Assembly: GCA_934660865.1 (NCBI GenBank)
Contig: CAKUIA010000008.1
Location: forward strand, 1 to 32,000
Source: an uncultured Opitutales bacterium
Lineage (GTDB): Bacteria > Verrucomicrobiota > Verrucomicrobiia > Opitutales > Intestinicryptomonadaceae
Direction: 5' to 3'
Length of the DNA stretch: 32,000 bases
In this document: in pieces, positions 26,816 to 32,000 of the stretch
Position numbering within the stretch: position 1 is the first letter of the stretch
Layout: every line of letters starts with the position of its first letter
The notes under the pieces: generated by a model
Told to the model about the DNA's origin: nothing
The model's input: the letters and a program-made list of their open reading frames with translations, nothing else
Databases searched by the model: none
Made by a program: the position numbers and the translations under genes

Positions 26816-27006
26816 AATGTCCTAACTTCCCGAGAGAGGAACTACTATGCGCGGCCGTGCAAATAGGCGGTTGCGCACGGACAAAATTATAGCGCACGCG
26901 CTTTTTTGTAAAATGCAAAAGCTTGTGCGCCGCGTTTTGTTGCGCCTTTTTCGGGAAGTCGGGGTTATCTACCGCTTCGATGCAAACCGGAAAGATAAAG
27001 CAACAA

Positions 27007-27855
27007 ATGAAAAACAAACTACTATCTACTGCGGCGGTTTTAACCGCCTTAACACTAACCGCACAAGGCCTTAGTGCCGATGTGTTCGATTTTTCGGGGG
27101 CAACTCCCGTATACGACGCCAACCGCTCGACAACGGCAACAGGCAGCGGCGTACATTATTACGAAGACTATATGTACAACCCGCAAGTCGGCTTTAATTG
27201 GAGCAACAGCCTATACAACGAAGACTGGTACTATTCGTGGGACGGCATAAACGTGTCGAACTGCGCCGACAAAACCGTAGACATTTCAAGATACTGGGAA
27301 GCCGGACAACTCGGGCAATACACTTCCGTTACCGGTACCGACGGCAGCGGCGTAGCCGGCGGCTACTACGGCATTTACTACGGAAACACCTCGGCAAATT
27401 CGGGCTACTCAAGCTCCGACATGGGCCAAATCCTCTTTTCGGATTTGATAAGCGTAAGCTCAATTCAAATTGCAAACACCCTAATTAGCTACGACTATCT
27501 AACAAAAACCCTTACCGACGACGGCGAATACCATTCGTTTAAAGTGCTAATCTATGCAATAAATTCGATGGGCGAATTTTCCGAAAACTTTGTAGAATGC
27601 GAGCTTTCGAACGCCGATACGGTTACAAACAGCTGGATAGACGTAGACCTTTCCTCCCTAAACGAAGCCGACGGCATTTACGGGCTTTACTTTAAAACCC
27701 TTACCGACGACTACGGCGAATGGGGGGCAAACGCACCCTCGTATTTTGCGATGGATAACCTCTCATACTCTTCGGCAGTTCCCGAACCTTCGACATACGC
27801 CGCAATATTCGGCGCATTGGCATTGGCGTTGGCTATATACCGCAGGCGCAAATAG
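27007..27855 (+). CDS. Secreted PEP-CTERM protein of unknown function, first gene of the B12-riboswitch operon (candidate corrinoid-binding surface protein)
   Basis: The ATG at 27007 gives the signal peptide MKNKLLSTAAVLTALTLTAQGLSA. The body is rich in aromatic residues, Gly and Ser. The C-terminus VPEPSTYAAIFGALALALAIYRRRK is a PEP-CTERM motif. The stop lies 11 nt before the receptor start. Confidence 0.75.
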   Translation: MKNKLLSTAAVLTALTLTAQGLSADVFDFSGATPVYDANRSTTATGSGVHYYEDYMYNPQVGFNWSNSLYNEDWYYSWDGINVSNCADKTVDISRYWEAGQLGQYTSVTGTDGSGVAGGYYGIYYGNTSANSGYSSSDMGQILFSDLISVSSIQIANTLISYDYLTKTLTDDGEYHSFKVLIYAINSMGEFSENFVECELSNADTVTNSWIDVDLSSLNEADGIYGLYFKTLTDDYGEWGANAPSYFAMDNLSYSSAVPEPSTYAAIFGALALALAIYRRRK

Positions 27856-27866
27856 GGTCAAATTAA

Positions 27867-29951
27867 ATGAAAACGGTGTCTAAACTTCCGCATTTTTTTG
27901 CGGCTTTTGCACTTTTTTGTTCGCACAATGCAATTTCGGCACAGGAGCAAAACGGGGTAAACGAAGCCCAATATGCGGGAGCTTTAGACACTATATACGC
28001 TACGGCCTACAGGTTTTCGGCGCCCAATTTATACACGCCCGCTAACACGGTGCAAATTTCGTCCGAAAAGCTGGAAAACTCGCAATATACAAACGTTGCC
28101 GACGCCCTTAAAAATTTCGCAAACTTAAATTTTATGAGCGTAACGTCGTCTATGGCGGCGGGCAACTTTGCAATGCGCGGCTTCGGCGAAAATTCGCAGA
28201 CAAGAATAATGGTTGTAGTAGACAACCACAGAATAAACCGCCCCGATATGGGGACTATAAATTGGCTGCAAATACCCCTTAGCTGCGTCGAAAGCATGGA
28301 GGTGCTAAGAGGCTCGCAAACGGCGCTGTACGGCTCGGCGGCCTCGGCGGGCGTTATAAAAATAAAGACAAAGCGCCCCAAGGAAAACTCGTATGTATTT
28401 AAAGGCCTATACGGCTCGTACCAAACCTACGATTTGGCGGCACAAGCTTCACTTGTAGAGGGCAACTTTTTTGCAAACGTAGGCATAAACTATTTTAATT
28501 CGGCGGGCTGGCGCGACAACTCGGCAAGCGACGCTGCAAGCGCAAACCTAAGCCTTGGCTACGACATAAACGAAAACAACTCGCTTGTTTTTTCGGGCAA
28601 CTATACCGATTCAAACACAAAGTATGCGGGGCCGCTGAGCTTGGCGCAATACAAGACAGACCCCCAGCAGAGCTTCTACAACTCGAAATCCTATTCAAGA
28701 GACGGCTCGTATAGCCTAAGCTTGGACACACAGTCGGCAGTAGGCGAAGGCGATGTCGGGCTTGGCTGGAATTTTAGGGACATATTTTGGGATATGGGCG
28801 GCAAGACGAAAAATTTTCAGTACACCGCGTCTTTTACGCCGAAATACAAATTCGAAACTTCCGAAAACACCCACATTCTTGTGGGTTTCGACGGCGAATA
28901 CAGCAATATAGACTTTAAGCGCCTGCACGACGGCTCCGCCCCCTACAAGGGCTATGCCGACGCTTCGCAAATTTCGGCCGAACCCTACATAGGCGGCGAC
29001 TGCACGCTGTTCGAAAAACTCGTTTTAAACGCAGTAGGCCGCATAAGCTTTTCGCGCCTTAGCGTAGACAACACCGAATTCAAGCAAAATTCGCTGGACG
29101 AATTTAGGGAAATTTCGGTGCGCGGCACTACCATTTTAGTTCCCAACCCCGACTGGCCGCCGCAGATAAACCCCGCAAATACCTACAAAGAACACGTTTC
29201 GTTTACGGGCCTGGGTGCAAATTTCGGCGCAACATACAAGGTGGAAAACAACACCGCCTTGTTTTTTAAGTTCGACCAAATTTACCACTACCCCGTTGCC
29301 GACGAAGTTTGCTCGTACCAAACCTACGGCGGCTTGAACGTGCCCTTTAACAAAGACATTTCGCCCGAAAAGGGGCAAAACTACGAAGTGGGCGCAAAAT
29401 TCGAAAACGAAAACTGGTCTTTTACGGGCAGCTTCTTTTTAAATATGCTTGTCGACGAAATTTCGTACTACCAAACGCTTACGCCCGGCGGGCTTGAATG
29501 GCTAAACACGAACCTAGACCCCACAATGCGCTTTGGCACCGATATTTCGCTTGAATACGACGCAAAAATTTGGGGATTTAGCGCGATGTTTTCGGCGGTA
29601 AAAGCGCAGTTTTTAGAGGGCGACAACAAAGACAACGAAATACCGCTTGTCCCCAATTTTTCGGGCACGCTGTCGGCCTTTATACGCCCGATTGAACCGC
29701 TTACTTTAACATGCTCGGCCACCTTTTTAAGCGACCAATATGTGGGCAGCGACTACGAAAACAAAGTCTCTAAAATACCCGCATACGCGCTTTTGTCGCT
29801 TAGGGCAAACTACAAAATCTGCGAATATGCAAGCTGCTTTGTAGCAGTCGACAACCTGCTCGACAAACGCTACATTTCGTGCGCGTGGAAATCGGGCTAC
29901 TACCCCGGAGTTGGCCGGACTTTCAGCGCGGGCATAACTTTAACGTACTAA
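27867..29951 (+). CDS. btuB: TonB-dependent outer-membrane receptor, BtuB-like (cobalamin/corrinoid)
   Basis: A signal peptide is present. The plug domain is recognisable (VQISSEKLENSQYTNVADALK...MRGFG...VVVDNHRINRPDMGTINWLQIPLSCVESMEVLRGSQTALYGSAASAGVIKIKTK). The C-terminal barrel ends GRTFSAGITLTY. Substrate is inferred from the upstream cobalamin riboswitch. Confidence 0.85.
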   Translation: MKTVSKLPHFFAAFALFCSHNAISAQEQNGVNEAQYAGALDTIYATAYRFSAPNLYTPANTVQISSEKLENSQYTNVADALKNFANLNFMSVTSSMAAGNFAMRGFGENSQTRIMVVVDNHRINRPDMGTINWLQIPLSCVESMEVLRGSQTALYGSAASAGVIKIKTKRPKENSYVFKGLYGSYQTYDLAAQASLVEGNFFANVGINYFNSAGWRDNSASDAASANLSLGYDINENNSLVFSGNYTDSNTKYAGPLSLAQYKTDPQQSFYNSKSYSRDGSYSLSLDTQSAVGEGDVGLGWNFRDIFWDMGGKTKNFQYTASFTPKYKFETSENTHILVGFDGEYSNIDFKRLHDGSAPYKGYADASQISAEPYIGGDCTLFEKLVLNAVGRISFSRLSVDNTEFKQNSLDEFREISVRGTTILVPNPDWPPQINPANTYKEHVSFTGLGANFGATYKVENNTALFFKFDQIYHYPVADEVCSYQTYGGLNVPFNKDISPEKGQNYEVGAKFENENWSFTGSFFLNMLVDEISYYQTLTPGGLEWLNTNLDPTMRFGTDISLEYDAKIWGFSAMFSAVKAQFLEGDNKDNEIPLVPNFSGTLSAFIRPIEPLTLTCSATFLSDQYVGSDYENKVSKIPAYALLSLRANYKICEYASCFVAVDNLLDKRYISCAWKSGYYPGVGRTFSAGITLTY

Positions 29952-29956
29952 ATAAA

Positions 29957-30979
29957 ATGAAATCTAAAATAATTTCCAACGCTCTTTTAATTTCGGCGGC
30001 AACATTCCAGCCGCTATGCGCACAAAGTTTGGGCATAGACTGCTTTTTACCGTCAAACGAATACTATTCGTACGACTCGAACTACGGCTACATTACGGGC
30101 TTTGCCCCCGGCATAGGCGACGACAACAACGCCGGCATTCACGTTAGCGGCAAGGTTTGGACAACTTCTGGCATGAAGCCGAAATACACCTTTAAAGGCT
30201 GGGCTACAAAATGCGTTTCGTACGTTCAAGGCAGCGGCATTACCGGCAGCGAAACCGACTACGATGCCAGCTATTGGACCGACACTAAAAAGGCGCTCGG
30301 CAAGGCAACTTCAAGCGACACTTCCGACGTTCTTGTTTTAGGCGACGGCGGCTCTATAATTTTGGGCTTCGACAGAGCCATACGCAATGGCGCAGGCTAC
30401 GACTTTTGCGTGTTCGAAAACGCCCTAAACGACACATTTTTGGAGTTGGCCTTTGTAGAAGTTTCTACCGACGGCAGCCACTTTGTAAGGTTTCCCAATT
30501 TCTATTTGGGCACAAAGCCCGTAGGCTCCGACGGCGACGTCGGCGGCGGCGTAAACGACCCTACGTTGATATACAATTTAGGCTCGAAATACAGAATAGG
30601 CTACGGCTCGGGCTACGACCTGCAGGAATTGGCCGACGTTTACAGCTATATATTGGACCACTACGATTTCGATACTAAAACCGCAAAGTCTAGCAGTATG
30701 TTTTCGACCGAATATATGCGCGACTTTCTAAACAACTACAATTATCTTGATTTGGACAACGTAAACTACGTTAGAATTGCCGATATTGTAGGCGACGGCA
30801 AAACTTTGGACAGCGGCGGCAACCCCATTTACGACGCGTATCCAACTTCGGGCACGCCTGGCTTCGACCTAAGCGGGGTCGGCGTTTTAAACGAGGTTCC
30901 CGAAGCCGCCCAATGCGCCTTTATTGCCGCGCTTTCGGCGTTTGCATTCGCGCTTTTGCGCAAAAGAAAAAGGGCTTAG
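29957..30979 (+). CDS. Secreted protein of unknown function with a variant PEP-CTERM-like tail, third gene of the B12-riboswitch operon
   Basis: The ATG at 29957, 5 nt after the receptor stop, gives the signal peptide MKSKIISNALLISAATFQPLCAQS. The core block is GDGGSIILGFDRAIRNGAGYDFCVFENALNDTFLELAFVEVSTDGSHFVRFP. The C-terminus VPEAAQCAFIAALSAFAFALLRKRKRA has VPEA instead of VPEP, then a helix and a basic tail. Confidence 0.7.
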   Translation: MKSKIISNALLISAATFQPLCAQSLGIDCFLPSNEYYSYDSNYGYITGFAPGIGDDNNAGIHVSGKVWTTSGMKPKYTFKGWATKCVSYVQGSGITGSETDYDASYWTDTKKALGKATSSDTSDVLVLGDGGSIILGFDRAIRNGAGYDFCVFENALNDTFLELAFVEVSTDGSHFVRFPNFYLGTKPVGSDGDVGGGVNDPTLIYNLGSKYRIGYGSGYDLQELADVYSYILDHYDFDTKTAKSSSMFSTEYMRDFLNNYNYLDLDNVNYVRIADIVGDGKTLDSGGNPIYDAYPTSGTPGFDLSGVGVLNEVPEAAQCAFIAALSAFAFALLRKRKRA

Positions 30980-31098
30980 CCTTGTTTTAGTCTGGGAAAA
31001 TCCTGCATATTTTTGTGAAAGGTTATATGCAGTACGCGATGAACGCTCGTTCATTGTGTGTTGACATAATCGCCTTTTTATGATTTAACAAAGTTATA

Positions 31099-32000
31099 AT
31101 GAAAATAACGCTGATAAAATGTTCGAATAAAAACGCCGTGTATTTCGGCGGCAAATCCTATTCGTACAAAACACTTTGCTCCTACATAAAAAAGGCGGCT
31201 TTGCTTTGCCAAAATGCCGCCAAAGTTGCAATTTTTGCCGCAAACAGCCCCGAATGGATTGCGGCCTTGCAGGGGGCTTGGGCGGCAAAAGCCTCGGTAA
31301 TACCCATAGACGCAAATTCGACCGAAAGCGAGCTGCAGTTTTTATTGGCCGACAGCGACACCGAAACCGTTTTCGCTTCGCCCGAAAACCTGGAAAAGAC
31401 AAAGGCGGCCATTGCAAAAACAAACCGCAATATCCGCGTTATAGACATTTCGCAAATTTCCGAACAGCCCCTTTTAGATGTCGGCGCAGATTTTTCGGTA
31501 GAGCGCACTTTAGACGAGCTTGCCCTTATTGTATACACTTCGGGCACAACGGGCGCGCCCAAAGGCGTAATGCTTACATTTAAAAACATCTACACAAACA
31601 TAGACGCCGTTTGCAAAACGCAGTATTTCCCCAAAGGGCTGAAATGCTTTGCAATGCTACCCTTCCACCACATTCTGCCCATTGCGGGCACGGTTATTGT
31701 GCCCCTTTATGTGGAGGGCGAAATCGTAATGCCGAAATCGCTTACTTTCGAAGACATTTCGTCGGCTATGAAGGCGCGCAAAATCCACCTTTTTATAAGC
31801 GTGCCGCGCTTTTACGAAACTTTGCATGCGGGCATAATGGGCAAAATTTCAAAATCAAAAACGGCAAAGCTTTTGTTTGCCGCGGCAAAAACCGCAAACA
31901 AACTTTGGCTTTCAAAAAAGATTTTCGGCAAAATACATTCCGCGCTAGGCGGCGGGGCAAACTTTTACGTTTCGGGCGGCGCCGCCCTTAACAAAACCGT
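31099..32000 (+). CDS. AMP-dependent synthetase/ligase (long-chain acyl-CoA synthetase-like), 3'-truncated by the window edge
   Basis: This ORF is not in the supplied track because it has no stop within the window. My manual translation from ATG 31099 stays open to position 32000: MKITLIKCSNKNAVYFGGKSYSYKTL...IVYTSGTTGAPKGVMLTFKNI.... It contains the AMP-binding core motif YTSGTTGxPKG. Confidence 0.85.
   Translation, partial: MKITLIKCSNKNAVYFGGKSYSYKTLCSYIKKAALLCQNAAKVAIFAANSPEWIAALQGAWAAKASVIPIDANSTESELQFLLADSDTETVFASPENLEKTKAAIAKTNRNIRVIDISQISEQPLLDVGADFSVERTLDELALIVYTSGTTGAPKGVMLTFKNIYTNIDAVCKTQYFPKGLKCFAMLPFHHILPIAGTVIVPLYVEGEIVMPKSLTFEDISSAMKARKIHLFISVPRFYETLHAGIMGKISKSKTAKLLFAAAKTANKLWLSKKIFGKIHSALGGGANFYVSGGAALNKT

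Overview
The window holds about 25 genes and looks like chromosomal DNA from a Gram-negative bacterium that sorts surface proteins with a PEP-CTERM/exosortase system. Four ORFs end in a VPEP-type motif, a hydrophobic helix and an RRRK/RKRK tail. Lineage is an inference only; the gene content would fit the PVC group (Verrucomicrobiota, Lentisphaerota, Kiritimatiellota). Most genes are ordinary housekeeping or accessory metabolism:
- tyrS, rubrerythrin, ogt, a GNAT and a Maa-type acetyltransferase
- a GH2 beta-mannosidase-like enzyme, a beta-helix glycosidase-like protein and an FGE/SUMF1-domain protein
- an OprB-like porin, a small EamA transporter, a SIMPL protein, a nucleoside hydrolase, a DASS transporter and a TRIC channel
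- a CsoR-family repressor with a P1B ATPase, and a partial acyl-CoA synthetase at the 3' edge

Two regions stand out.
1. Positions 26630-30979 carry a clear cobalamin riboswitch followed by a tight three-gene operon. A BtuB-like TonB-dependent receptor sits between two uncharacterised secreted PEP-CTERM proteins. I read this as a candidate exosortase-anchored corrinoid-capture system.
2. Positions 701-5762 carry two tandem paralogous secreted pentapeptide-repeat PEP-CTERM proteins. The second has a low-GC 5' two-thirds and a near-identical 234-bp internal tandem duplication. It is co-oriented with a small unknown ORF and sits next to a divergent tyrosine recombinase. The intergenic region between them holds two 19-bp dyad sites that are reverse complements of each other, which makes a DNA inversion switch or a recombination site possible.

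Many ORFs in the supplied track are antisense shadows of the real genes. No rRNA, tRNA, CRISPR array or transposase was recognised.
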